From NCBI RefSeq assembly GCF_009834535.1, contig NC_045697.1, positions 16,184,001 through 16,248,000 of the forward strand: a DNA stretch of 64,000 nt, in the 5' to 3' direction. Source of the stretch: Camelus ferus (lineage: Eukaryota). The position numbers were made by a program, and so were the translations under genes. The notes under the pieces are model-generated. The model was not told the origin of the DNA, did no database searches, and was given only the letters and a program-made list of their open reading frames with translations. Below, piece by piece: positions 39,680 to 52,900 of this stretch (position 1 is its first letter; the number at the start of each line of letters is the position of its first letter).

Positions 39680-39865
39680 AATTTTATTTTATTTTTTAAT
39701 AAACACTAGAGGATAGCTACTTTAAAAAAATTATTTTTTCTGGAGGGGTAGGTAATTAAGTTTACTTATTTATTTATTTAATTTTTAGAGGAGATATTGG
39801 GGATTTAACCCAGGACCTCATACATACTAAACATGCTCTCTATCATTTGAGCTATACCCTCCCCC
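39680..39865 (-). mobile_element. Vic-1-type camelid SINE with extended composite tail
   Basis: Head tgagctataccctccccc; TSD agaacacattgatt (39666-39679) / agagcacactgatt (39866-39879). Confidence 0.9.
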
Positions 39866-40129
39866 AGAGCACACTGATTTTAAAAAAAGAGCACTGTGAG
39901 TTAAATACTCTTAAGGATGAGGAGGCAACAGTGACCAACCCATCCAGGCCCATCTCCTTGATCCTCTACAGTTCAGCTTTCAGGTCAGAGAAAACCAGCT
40001 CCCACTAGCTAGCTTTTCTCTCTTGCACCTTATAACTAAGTTCTTAGAAAACCCCATTCCATGCTAAGAAAAAAATAAAATAAAGAATCCAAACCACTTT
40101 CCATTCATCGTCATCCTTCTGACAAAATA

Positions 40130-40540
40130 TGTCTGAATCTGCTAGGGCTGCCATTACAAAGTACCAAAAATTGAGTGGTTTAAACAACAGAAATTTCTTG
40201 TCTCGAAGCTCTGGAGGTCAGAGGTCTAAAATCAAGGTATCGGCAGTGTTGATTCCTTCCAAGGGCAATGAGGAAGGGTCTTTTCCAGGCTTCTTTCCTT
40301 AGCTTGCAGATGTCTGTCATTTCCCTGTGTCTTTTCACATCATCTTTCCTCTGTGCCTGTGTCTGTGTCCAAATTTCCCTTTTCTCATGAGGCTGTCAGT
40401 CATCCTGAATGAAGGCCCATTCATATAACCCCATTTTCACCTCTGCAAAGACCCAATCTCCAAATAATTTCACATTCTGCAGTCCTGGAGGATTAGGACT
40501 TCAATATAAATTTGGGGGATACCCAATTCAACCCATAATG
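40130..40540 (-). mobile_element. MaLR solo LTR (MLT1B/C-like), full length
   Basis: gctagggctgccattacaaagtacc...aaacaacagaaattt...caattcaacccataa. Confidence 0.9.
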
Positions 40541-41299
40541 ACTGCTGCAAGCTAGGTCACCTCTGTACGTGTGTGGGCGAATCACCCAACAACCTATAAC
40601 ATTAGCCCCTGATCTCTTCAACTCAAGTGACCTTCAGCTGCAGACCACTTCTACTCTGTAGCCATTTACGTGCTTTATCTAGTCTGCACCTTGTATACAC
40701 CCATCAGGTCTAGAAATTTAAAATCAAATACTCCATCTTTTGACCACTATCTGCTCATATCAGTTTCCTCATTTCTCTACCTCCTTTACATCATCAGTTA
40801 TGAATTACATTATTGCATGGAATATTAGTGTTTTAATATGTTAATAGTACACAGAAGAAGATAAAATGGTGTGTGCTCAAATACATTTAAGAGAAAGGGT
40901 TAATAAAAGTAGATATACTTCTCTACTGAAAGAACTGAGTGCACTAACATTTATTCTGAATAACCAAGATTCTGTGACAGTTTTAACCAAACTTCTATGA
41001 GCAATTAAAAAAAACAGTAATGAGACCTAGCGAGCCACAGAACAGCAGGTTGGGAATTAGTGGATTACAGCTGTTCTTTAAGCCATAACCTCTATTCTTA
41101 CTCTTTCCCTTCATTCCAGTCATCTTCCTCCTCCTTAGGATTCTTGTATACAACACTTACACCATTTTTTTTTTGCTAAACAGTCCTTCTGTTTAGTCTT
41201 ATTTCCAAATCTACCCAACAACTCTGTGCCCTGTCTATTCCCACGTGTAAGACCATGGTCTCCAACTTTCAGTAGACCTTCAGAATCTCAAAGAAGAAT

Positions 41300-43330
41300 A
41301 TCCATACTACATACCTTTCCCATTTTCCCCCAGATATAATACATTTATCACTATTTACTGGGTCACTGGCTCACCTACCTCACTCTTATCTCCCTCATCA
41401 CAAGGGAAAACAACAACATTAATTGCCATTAGCTTGGGATTGGCTCAGCTCATAGACTTCTCAATTTCCCCGCTAAAAGCAGTAAAACAACACACACGGA
41501 CACACATCTTTCATTGTGCACTCCATTTTCAGTGAAAAATAATTCCTTTCTGAAGGCAAATTAATCCTTCCAGCCCCTGTTTCTATTCTTTTTGCCATCT
41601 CAGGGCATCACCTCCATCTCTTTTCCCTCTTTTTCTTCTGTATCTTCAACTCTTCTCTACTAGTTCTTTCTGCCTATGTATTCAACCTGATCAAATGGTC
41701 TTGCTTTCATTTTGTTTTCCTTTAACACAACTTCCTTCTTCAGTTTTAGATTTATCTTCCTTTTTTTTTTTCAAAGATCTACCTTCATAATTTCCATGTT
41801 CTCACTTCTAGTAACTTTCTCAGTTTTCTGAAAAATCTAGGCTCTTCCATCAGCATTAGAACCATTTTCTAAAGATGTCTCTTATTTGCAGCATTCACTG
41901 GGCCCAGAGATGAGGAGAAAATGTAGACTTTAGGCTACAGTGTTGGATTTCAGTTTTATTTTTAGCTTCTTAGCATTGTGACCATTGGCAGTTTTTTAGA
42001 CTCCTTCAGCTTCCACTTTTCCTTCTATTAAGGGGCAACATTAATTTCATCTGAACAAGATCTCTGGAATAATAAATTAGATATACTATGACAGGCTACC
42101 AGGAAGCAGTCAGCAGTGTTAACTTCATCCAGGAAGCCCTCCTCCCTCTTAATCCTTGGACACTGTTGGTTACTGTCTCACTGAAATTCTCCCTCCCTGT
42201 TCACAGAGCACCATCACCTCTTGTGTCTCTTCTTAGTCCTTCGATTGCTTTAAACTGTCTCCTTTCCTTCACATTTAGTGTGATTATCTGTTAAATTTTT
42301 TTCTCCCCTGAGTTTTCTTTCCTTATTAATGTAAATTTTCACCAAGTTTCAACTACAATTTCTAAGGATTCACTTTAAAAAAAATCTATCGCTTGAGCAA
42401 TTTGTCTAACTCCAAACTAGTATATCTAATTAGTTACTGAGCATCTCCACTTGTGTGTTCCACGGGGAACTCAAACATAAAATGTGCAACACTAAATCCA
42501 TTGTCTGTTTCCACTAGAAAACTGTCCCCTTCTTTTATCTTTGTCTCAATTAATGACATGGCGATTGGTATACATAAGACAATATTAGGTGCTATGGAAC
42601 CACAGCAATAGATACCATTTCATTACATAATGAAACTAGTATTCACTTTTCATTTTTTTAAATTCAAGTCTTTCAGATCACACCAAGGAGAAAGTTTCTG
42701 TTTTGGACTTACTATGTCTTCAGTGCTTCTATGGTACTTCAGAAACTCCCATTTTAAAAAACAGAGTTCAGAAATTTTAACAAGTTAGACTTTGAGAGGG
42801 TTGACTTTGTCAATTTTATTTTTAAATTACAGTTATGATAAATTATTCTCATTTTCCATTCATAGTATGGATTTTTTAAATAAAAATATATTTAAATGAT
42901 GCTAGTCAATTTAAAGGAAAATATTAAAGAATAATGTGTTTCTATGCCAAAATAGGGAAAATCATGAGGAGAGTATGTGAACAATTGTGTTTGGGGAAAT
43001 ATACTATAACTCAGCTTTTCTTACAAGACCTGCTACTATTGCGTTAGCTTAGTTTTTCATAAGCTTTTACTTGAAATACTACAATGATTTTCTACTTAGA
43101 ATCTTCTCCTCTTGTTTCAATTTCCTCCAATTTACCTTCTAAGTTACTGTCAGGGTAAGTCTTGAAAAGCCTGGATTACAATACAGTGCTTCCTGTGATT
43201 AATAGCCTTCATTGAGGACTTAATGTTTTCCTTCTCAGCACCTTACAGTATTTTGGTCTGATTGCTTCCCGGACTTCACATGTTCTTACCTCCCAATGTG
43301 TCTGCCTGTCTCCTGTTGGTTCTTTAGTGT
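41300..43330 (+). mobile_element. Decayed L2 LINE with a MIR at ~41900-42130
   Basis: ctactagttctttc...gagcatctccacttgtgtgttcc...ctcaaacataaaatgtgcaacactaaa...tgtctcaattaatgaca. Confidence 0.6.
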
Positions 43331-43723
43331 TTGGTTCAGAATTCTTGAATAAAGATGGTGAAATAAATGTATCCATATCCTATTTTATCTCACTCTGAAT
43401 TTTCACTAAAATGATAAAAGAAATACTTAGTAGAAGAGTTTGTTGTGGTTGTTGGAGAAAAAAATTATTGGAAAATATGTAAAGGACTTAAAAAATGAAC
43501 ACCTCCTGCAGAAGTGCTCCTACTGACATATGAACCAACTTCCTTAAGACCCAGTATTAGCTAAATAGCAGTGAGCAATAAACCAATAAAGGTTTCCCAA
43601 ACAGCTACTTTAATATGGGTTTTAAATTGCAAATATGAAAATACATTCTTGAAAGAGGCAATTTAGATACTATAAACTGTCAAAGAATAATCATAATCTA
43701 AAACACTAGATTACAAGAAAAAA

Positions 43724-44083
43724 GGAGAAGATAATATCATACGATAACACTTATATGTGAAATCTTAAATAAATGGACACAAATGAACTTATTACCAAAA
43801 CAGAGACAGACTCACAAATGTAGAAAATAAACTTATGGTTACTAAAGGGGAAAGGGAGGACGAGGGATAAATTAGGAGTTTGGGATTAGCATACTAACTA
43901 CTATACACAAAATAGATAAACCTCAAGGTTCTCCTGTATAGCACTGGGAAATATTCAATACTCTGTCATGGCCTATAATGAAAAAGGATATGAAAAGGAC
44001 TATATGTATGTATATATGAATCACTATGCTGTACACCATAAATTAATGCATTGTAAATCAATTATACTTCAATTTAAAAAAAA
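43724..44083 (+). mobile_element. Young L1 3' end
   Basis: gacacaaatgaacttatt...aaacttatggttactaaagggg...atacttcaatttaaaaaaaa. Confidence 0.92.
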
Positions 44084-44188
44084 GGAAGATGGGCAGAAAA
44101 GTGACAGGCAAAATTTCTATATGTTAAATTGGAAAAAAAATAAATTTGTTTCAATTACTGAGGAATAGTAATTAGAGATATGCTATTT

Positions 44189-44872
44189 AAAAAATAACCT
44201 CTTTATTTTAGAACAATTTGCACTTATAGAAAATTTGTGAGGTTAGTACAGAAGATTTCCATAGAATCTGCATGGCTTCTTCCATTATTAGCATCTGACA
44301 TTTATTACATTTAATGGTACACTTGTTAAATTCATGAACCAGTACATCGTGTATTATCATTTAAGTCCCACATTTTATTCAGATTTCCTTGGGAATTACC
44401 GAGTGTCCTTTTTTTGTTTGTTTCAGAATCCCATCCTGGTACTGTATGACATTTATGTCTCCTTAGGATCCCCTTGACTAGGATAGTTTCTGTGATTTTC
44501 CTTATTTTGGAAAACCTTGACAGTGTTGAGCAGTACTGGTCAGATATTCTGTAGAAAGCCCTTCAAAGGGATTTGTCTGATGTTTCTCTCATGACTAAAT
44601 TAGGGTTGTGGGGTTTGGGGAGGAAGACCACAGAGGTAGAGTGCATTTTCATCACGTCATATCAAAGGCACATGCTGTCAACAGGACTTACCACTGTTGA
44701 TGTGAACTTTGGTCACCTGGCTAAGATAGTAGTTGTTGGTTTCTCCACTGTGAAGACTTTTTTCTTTCCCTCACTCTATGCTGTATTCTTTGAAAGGAAG
44801 TTGCTGTGTACAGCCCACAGTCAGAATGTGGGGAGTAATGGCCCACTTGCTTAAAGGTGGGTAACCTACATA
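44189..44872 (-). mobile_element. L1MC/MD 3'-terminal segment (non-inverted half of a 5'-inverted insertion)
   Basis: Homologous to 49905-50450; includes the terminal ctttattttagaacaatttg. Confidence 0.85.
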
Positions 44873-44874
44873 GT

Positions 44875-45790
44875 GTACGCAAATCAAAAATCATTTAGGT
44901 GGTTGGGAAAATCCCAGGATGGAATGCAGAATATGACAAAACAATCTAGCTGTATTAAAATTTAGGAAACATCCTCACTAAAGGAGATGAGCAAAGATGT
45001 GCTGATCTAAGCATCTTCTGGAATTAGTGGAATCTGTAAAACACAAGTCAAAAGCAGTACATAATTACTGTAATTTAGTTGATAATGGTTTCCTATAGGC
45101 CTGTTTGTTAAAAATGATCATACTTCTATACATGTATACAGGAACTGAACAATTAAATAAAAGGATGGTTGATGGTGAGAGCTAGGTGGGATGTGAGAAT
45201 TTACAGATAGGCATGTTTTAATGAATTAGAGTTAAGGACATCACTATGAACTCATGTTTAGCTTAATATGTATACAGATAATAGCATATAGAGACATTTA
45301 TAGATATGTGTACACACACAGGTTAGTCTACACATATATATTTCCTTGCTCTGTCAGCTGAGACACCTTAGAAGCAACAATGTTCCACAGAAGAAGTATC
45401 AGCAAATACATCTGGTACCCAGATCTGAGTTCCTAAGTACCATTCTTCAATAAAAGAATGTAGAGTTCCTTGAAGAAATAGCTGATTCGGGGACTGGGGC
45501 AGGAAATATAAAAGATGGGCCCAAAGTTTTTTGTACTGCCAGAAGTAAAGAAATGCTAAGAAAAATCAACTTTTAAAAACCCTAGTATGATGGGACCATG
45601 TCAAAGGACACAAGAGACATTGAAAGAACTCCCAATGGCCCAAACTGGAACAACGTGAGCAAAGAAAATAAAGTACTATTGGACTACAAAATAAGTATCT
45701 GTGACTACAAGGGTATTAATACACTTCTGAATAAATAAATAAATAACTAGAGAGGGAAGACAAATCTCCAATACAGAAGAATTCCAAATA
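44875..45790 (+). mobile_element. L1MC/MD 3'-UTR upstream segment (inverted half)
   Basis: Reverse-complement homology to 50455-51280 and 890-1262. Confidence 0.85.
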
Positions 45791-45809
45791 AGATATGTGT
45801 TATTTCACA

Positions 45810-46945
45810 TTTGTAATTTTGTAAAAGGAAAGTCCAATATTTTTTTCCAAATAGTTTAAGGTTAACCTGGACGGAAATATATGATGAAAACAAGATTTCC
45901 AAGTTCTAAATCAGCATTAAAAACAACGAAAAAGTAGACCATGGCAGCAAAAAGGGATACTAATAAAAGAAACTTAAAATGGAGGACAAAAGATCAAATT
46001 CAATATTCATTTTATCTTCTCATATCAAAAATGGTAATTCAGTAGTTCTGTGGTTGAGTTCAGAGAAGTTCATATTAAAAAACTGCCCAGGCTATTACAA
46101 AGTATATTGGACACTGTGAGGTACTGACATTGAGAATATTTTGGCAAAGATAATGAAGACAGAAAGATAATGTACCTATGCTACGTTAGGAATAAAAGGA
46201 ATTCAGCCTTGAATATGGAAGACACGAAAGACAACTTAAAATTCTATGTATTTTTGAAAGTATCAATGAAATAGACACTTTTCTAGAAAATCATGTATTA
46301 TAAAAATTGATACTTTATGAAGAAGCTTAAAAATAATCTCATAAACATCAGTTAAGTAGAAAATATTATCTAGGAAGTAATTACAAAATGATTATTCTTA
46401 CCAAATAATTTTATGTTGAGTTCCTTGAAACCAGTTTTAAACTATATCTGATTGCTGAAAATTTGAAAAAACTTCCTATTTCATTTATGAGCCAAGCAAA
46501 ATTCTTTATTAAAACATGAGAAAAAATGAATCATTAAAAATGAAAACCAGCTAAAGATCTTTAGAACCATAACTGCAAATTATTAGCAAATCAAATGTAG
46601 CTTTTTATTAAAAGATAACACATCATGACCAAATAGGTTTTTATTCCAGGAATGCACTAACAATTCAATATTAGGAAACCAAGTAATAATTCATCACAAT
46701 AATCGATCAAAAATGAAGAAAGAAAAATTTTATTTTGCTAGGTGCTGAAAAGGCATTTTAAAATAATTCAACATCAATTATTGATAAGAAATGTTAGTCA
46801 ACTAGGAATAGGAGCTACAAATAAATCATCAAGGTGATGAAGGCTATCTGTTTCAAACTGACAACCAACATTATATCTAATTGTAAAAAAAAATAGAATC
46901 TTTTCCCCTAAAGTCAGGAATAAAATAAAGATCATTATTACTATA
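45810..46945 (+). mobile_element. Decayed old L1 ORF2 (reverse transcriptase region)
   Basis: catcatgaccaaataggtttttattccaggaatgca (HHDQ-GFIPGMQ), gctgaaaaggcattt (AEKAF), ttcccctaaagtcagga; frameshifted. Confidence 0.75.
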
Positions 46946-46959
46946 TTTTAGTTAATTTT

Positions 46960-47745
46960 TAAGAAGTTGAGTTTATAGGTATGTTTTATAAACAGTAAAA
47001 ATTCACTCTTGTAAGTGTATAGGTTGATGAGTTTAGACAAAAGTAATTATTTAATCATCAAAATAATAAAAACAGAGTATTTTCTTCACTTCATAATGTT
47101 TTCTCTTGTCCCTCTGTTTCTCTCCCTCTGTTCCCAGATCTGATGAATACTCTTCTACTATGTGTCACTATATGTTTACCTTTTTCCAAATTTCCTGTAA
47201 ATGAAATCATATAGCACATATGTGCTTGTCATAATGCACAATGCTTTTAGAAGTCATCCATGTTGTTACATCTATCACTAGTTCTTTTTTGCCAGATACT
47301 GTTCTACTATATGGATGTATTAAAATTATTTATTCATTGTAAATGATGCATATTTAGGTTACTCTAGTGTTTGGTTACTATAAAAAAGTTGCTTTAAACA
47401 TTTGCACACATGTCTGTGAGTGAACATATGTTTTCAGTTCTCTGCTAAATATTCAAAAGTAGGATTGCTGATTTATTACGTGTGTGTATGTACATATATA
47501 TACATATATATATCTTTATGAAAAATTACCAGACTATTTTCTAGAGTGGTGTACAATTTTACATTTCACAAGCAGTGTATGAGGAGTTCTAGTTTTCCAC
47601 ATCACCATCAGCAGTTAGTATTGTCAGTTTTTTTTTAGTTTTAGCTATTTTAGTAGGAGGTGATGATATTTCATTGTGTTTTTAATTTGCACTTCGACAT
47701 TGACTAATGATTATGTGCTCTTTTCATGTCCATGTTTGCCCTCTG
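46960..47745 (-). mobile_element. Old L1 3' end (L1MB/ME type)
   Basis: aaattcactcttgtaagtgtatag...catccatgttgtt...tttcattgtgtttttaatttgcac. Confidence 0.8.
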
Positions 47746-47910
47746 TGATTTTCTGTGTTCACAATTATGCTATTGTGAATAAATATAGTTTTATTTGAAT
47801 GATACAAACTGTGGGTTTTTTTTTATTATTATTGACAAATCCAATTTTAAGCAATACTAATCCACAGAACAATAAGGTCACTAAGATTACTAACGTGATG
47901 TCAGCTACAT

Positions 47911-48352
47911 CAGAAAGTCAGCAAACTTTTTAAGTGAAGGGACAGATATTAAGTACATTAGACTTTGCAGGCCATCCAGTCCCTGTCACAATTACTCATC
48001 TGTTGTTGTTTATCAAAAGCAGCCAGATACAGTGTGCAAAAGAATGCATGTAGCTGTGTTCCAATAAAATGCTAATTACAAATGGCAGAATTTCATTCTT
48101 TTTTTATGGCTAGGGGTAGGATAGTAAGAGAAACAAACTACTATGTATAAAATAAATAAGCAACAAAGACATGTTATATAGCAAAGGGGAATATAGCCAT
48201 TACTTTGCAATAACTTTAAATGGAGTATAATCTATAAAAATATTGAATTACTATGTTGTATGCCTGAAACTAATATAATATGATAAATCAACTATACCTC
48301 AATTAAAAAAAAAACTTAATTTATACAACCTGGGTCAGTTTGCTGACCCTTG
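47911..48352. mobile_element. MER58A-like hAT-Charlie MITE with nested L1
   Basis: TIRs cagaaagtcagcaaact / agtttgctgacccttg; 8-bp TSD agctacat (47903-47910) / agctacaa (48353-48360). Confidence 0.9.
48079..48312 (+). mobile_element. L1 3' end with a short inverted 5' piece
   Basis: 48079-48111 is antisense L1; 48112-48312 is sense 3'-UTR ending tcaactatacctcaattaaaaaa. Confidence 0.85.
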
Positions 48353-48539
48353 AGCTACAAAGTACCGAGCCAAGATCAGGTAATTGATATTCTCACCGTA
48401 CCCTGCAGGCATCAAGCCATAAGCCAATTCTTGAGTAGTATTTTTTTTTTCTTACTTTGCCTTTATCTTAAAATCTTGACATCAGGTAACGAGAATTATA
48501 TTTTTCTTTTCATCTAATTTCTGCACGAATTTTAGAAAC

Positions 48540-49900
48540 GTTTTCTCAATTTTAAAAAACAAAACAAAGAGAAAACTGATGTAATTTGAATTGAGTTTGC
48601 CTTTAATCTACGGATGAATTTGGAGAGAACAGACATCTTAACATTTAGTCCTCAGACTCATGAATGGCATATTTTTTCACTTATTTAGGTCTTTAGTTTT
48701 TCTCAGTGCTGTTTTACAGTTTGTAGTATACAAGCTTTGCTCATATTTTGTTGAGTTTATCCCTGAGTATATAATGTTCTATGATGCTTTACAAAAGGTA
48801 TGTATTTTTTTTTAAGCCTCAAGTATAGATGGTGAGTATATATAAATAAAGTTACTTTTGTTCCTATTGACTTTGTATCCTGTGATCTTGCTAAAGCCAG
48901 GCATTTCTTCTTGAAACTTTTTTTTGGAGATTTGTGGTGACTTTCTGTATAGGAAATTATGTGATTTATGAATAAAGATCATTTGTTTTCTTTCTGTGAG
49001 CATTTTGTTTATTTTTCTTGCCTTATACTCTTTGCTAGAACTTCTGGCCCAGTGTTAAATAGAAGTAGTAAGGGCAGACATATTTGTCTCATCCCTGATC
49101 TTAGGGCAAAATCAGTCTTCATCAATTAATATAATGTTAGCTGTGGATTTTTAATAAAAGCCTATTTTCAGTGTTAAACCCTCCAACATTAATTGTGGAC
49201 TCAAATATAGGTTTTATATTTCTATGATTTTTATTTATTTGTTTTAGACTCTCATTAGAGTCTCATTTTATTTTCTTGATAAATCTACTTCATTATTTTC
49301 ATGTAATGTAATATTTCTTTTTCTCAAGTCTGGTTTGTCTGATATTAATAAACCATCCCAATTTACTTTTGATGAGAGTTTGTGTGGTATATTTGTGTAT
49401 TCTACTATTTCTAACAAATTTATGTCTCTCTATTTAACATTAATCTCTTTGTAGATGTTGTATATTAGATCTTGCTTTTTAATCTTCTCTACAGTCTACA
49501 CCTTTTAATTTAGTGTTATACAATTTGTGTTTAATATAGTCCAGTATTTTGCAAATTTTTAAAATTTGTCCCATCTATTTTTTTGTTTCTTATTTTTAAT
49601 TCCTGGCTTATTTTGGATTGAGCCCTTTTAATATTCCTTTCTTTCTTCAATATTAACTTACTTATTATATTTATTTTATCAGTTGCTATCATGTTTACAA
49701 TATATGCCTTTAATTTTTTATAGTCTTCTGCCAAATTGTATTCTATAACTTTATGTAAAGCATAAGACACTGAGAATGGGGTACTTCAATTTACTCCCTC
49801 CCATACTTCGTGCTGTTTTTTATCATATATTTTATTTTTACATATGTTACAAGCTCCACAAAAATTTGGTACTATTTTTACCTTAGATATCATTTATCAC
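48540..49900 (-). mobile_element. Old L1 ORF2/ORF1 relics
   Basis: atgaatttggagagaacagacatctt...ttgactttgtatcctgtgatcttgctaaa...tgtctgatattaata. Confidence 0.75.
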
Positions 49901-49904
49901 TTAA

Positions 49905-52900
49905 AGGATTGGTGAACCAATATTGATATCCTATTGTTCATGGTTTATTCAGATTTCTCTAGTTTTCGATCTACTATTTTTCTGCTCCAGGGTTCCATCT
50001 AAGATGCCACATTACATTTAGTTGCTATGGCTCCTTAGACTCTTTTTGGTTGTGACAGTTTCTCAAAATTTCCTTGTTTTTTGATGACCTTGACAAATTT
50101 GAGGGATACTGGTCAGGTTTTGTAAAATATTCTTCAATTGGTTTGTAGCTTATGTGTTTCTGATGATTAGACTGAGGTTGTAGGTCTTGGGGAGGAAGAT
50201 CACAGAGGTAAAGTGCCGTTTCATCACATCGTCTCAAGAGTACTTTCTATCAGCATGACTTCTTATCACTCTGGATGTCAACTTTGAGCACCTTGCTGAG
50301 GTAGTGTTTTTCAGGTTTCTCTGCTGCAAAGTTACTTTTTTTCTTTTCCTTGTTTTCATACTGTCCCCTTAGGAAGGTAGTTGTTTTGTGCTGTCTACAC
50401 TTAAGGAGTGAGGAGTCATGATCCACCTCCTTTATAGTGGATTATTTGCATAATTTACTTGAAATTCTTTTGCACTAGAGATTTTTTTTTATTTTTTTGC
50501 TCAAATTATTCCAAATTTGGCCTTTGGAAACTTTTTCAATGTGCCCTTTTGACAATCCACATCAATTTTTAAGATTTTTTAATTTTAAGAACTGTCTTAC
50601 TTTCTGCCATTGTAAAATGCTCCAGGTTCATTTTGTACATTTCCCGTCCCAGTCCAAGAACCAGCTGTTTCTTTGAGAAGTCTTGCTTCCTCTTATTGGA
50701 GAATGACGTTAGAAATCAGTATCTGGAGGCTAGACGTGCTCATTGTTACTAGAGGGTCATTTTTTTTTTTTTTTTTTTGCCCTCTCAGCTGACCAAGCAA
50801 GGAGAGCTATGTGTGTATACTAACCGTGTAAATACACATACTTATGCATATTTCTGTATATAGGCATTGGTACCTATATTATGTTAAACATGAGTTCATA
50901 CTGATGGCTCCAAATCTAACTATTAAAATGTGGATCATTCTAGCTTTCTCCCTTTGCTAATCTAAATTTCCACTCCAATGGTTACAAACCTGACATCTGA
51001 CACCCTCCATTCTTTTACTTAACTGTTCAATTCCAGTATTTATAGCAGTATTATAGTGTTAATCTATGTTCATGGAAAACTATCTACTAAAGGACTTTTG
51101 TACAGTTCCTTTTGCCTTTAGTCTTGTGGACCACATTCATTTCCAATGTTATTTAGGTCAGCAGCTTTCACCTTCTTCCTTCATTGAGGTCATTTCATAC
51201 ATTTGTGGTATAATTATATTCTCTTGTCATTCTCTACATTCTCTACTAGGATTCTCTACTTCTTAAATAATATTTAAAATTTTGCATACAACTTTTTTCA
51301 ATTTTTGAACTGTTGTTATTTTTAATAATACATAGTTATGTGTCCATTATTACAGCATTATACAGAATAGTTTTACCTCACTAAAAATCTCTTGTTCTTT
51401 ATCTGTTTATTTCCTCAAACTCGAACTCCTGAGGACCACTGATCTTTTTACCAACTCTATATATTTGCTTTTTTCAGAATGTCATATATTTTGAACCTTG
51501 CAGGTTGTGGCCTTTTCAGAATAGCTTATTTCATTTAACAATGAATTTAAGATTCTTCCATGTCTTTTTATGTGGCTTTAATAGATTTTCCTTTTATTAT
51601 TTAATAATATTGTATGGATATACCTCCGTTTGTTTATCTATTTATTTATTTGAGGAATATTAGTTGCATTTAATTTTAAGCAATTATGAATAAAATCATT
51701 ATTCAGGTACAGGTTTTTTTGTGGACTTCATTTTTCAACTCATCTGTGCAGATATCTAGGAACATGATTGCTGGATTATATCTTTGGTAAGAATGTGTTT
51801 AGCTTTCTAAGAAACTGCCAAACTGTCTTGCAGAGCAGCTGTACTATTTTGCATTTCCTCCACCAATGAATCAGGGTTCCTGTTGTGTCTCATCCTCGTC
51901 AGCATTTGGTATCGTCAGTGTTTTGGATTTTAGCCATTCTAGTCTTGTGGTACTACCTCCTTGTTGTGTTAATTTTTGATTCCATATTGCAGGTATTTGA
52001 GCACTTTTTATATGCTTATTTTTTTATCTGTTTATAAAATCAAATCTTTGCCCATTTTTAACTTGAATTATTGGTGTTCTTGAGTGTCAGAGTTCTTTGC
52101 ATATTTTGGACATTAAGGCCTTTATCAAATATGTATTTTCCCAATATTTTCTTACACTCAGTGGCTTGTCTTTTCATTCTCTTAACAGCATCCTTGGCAG
52201 AGCAGAAGATTTAAATTTTAATAAGTCTAATTTATTAATTTTTTTCTATCAGGGTTTATACTTTGGGTTGTATCTGAAAACTCATTAGGAATTCTAAGTT
52301 CACCTAGATTTTATTCTATATTTTTCTCTAGAAGTTTTACATTTTTACATTTTTTTAAATTTAGATCTGTGATTGATTTTGAGTTAATTTTTGTAAGATG
52401 TCTGAGTTATGTGGCTAGATTAATTCTTTTTAATATGGATATCCAGTACTGTTTGTTGAAAAAAAAGACTCTACTCCATTGTATTACCTTTGCTCTTTTA
52501 TCAAAGATCAGTTAATTATACTTTTGTGGGTCAAATTCTAGGCTCACTGTTCTTTTCCCTGGATCTAAGTGTTTATTCTTTTGTTAATACTGTGATGTCT
52601 TTACACTGTAGCTTTATAGTAAGTTTGAGGTTGAATAATGTCTGTCCTCCACTTTGTTCTTTTTCTTCAGTATTGTTTTGATTATTCTTGATCTTTTGCA
52701 TTTTCGTATAAACCTTAGAAGCATTTTTGTCAATATCCACAAAACATCTTACTGGATTGTGTTGAATCAGTAGATCGAGTTGGGAACAACTGACATCTCA
52801 AAAATATTGAGTCTGCCAACTCATAAACATGGACTATCTATCCATTTATTTAGATTTTAAAAAATATTTTCATTAAAGTTTAACAGTTTTACCCATATAG

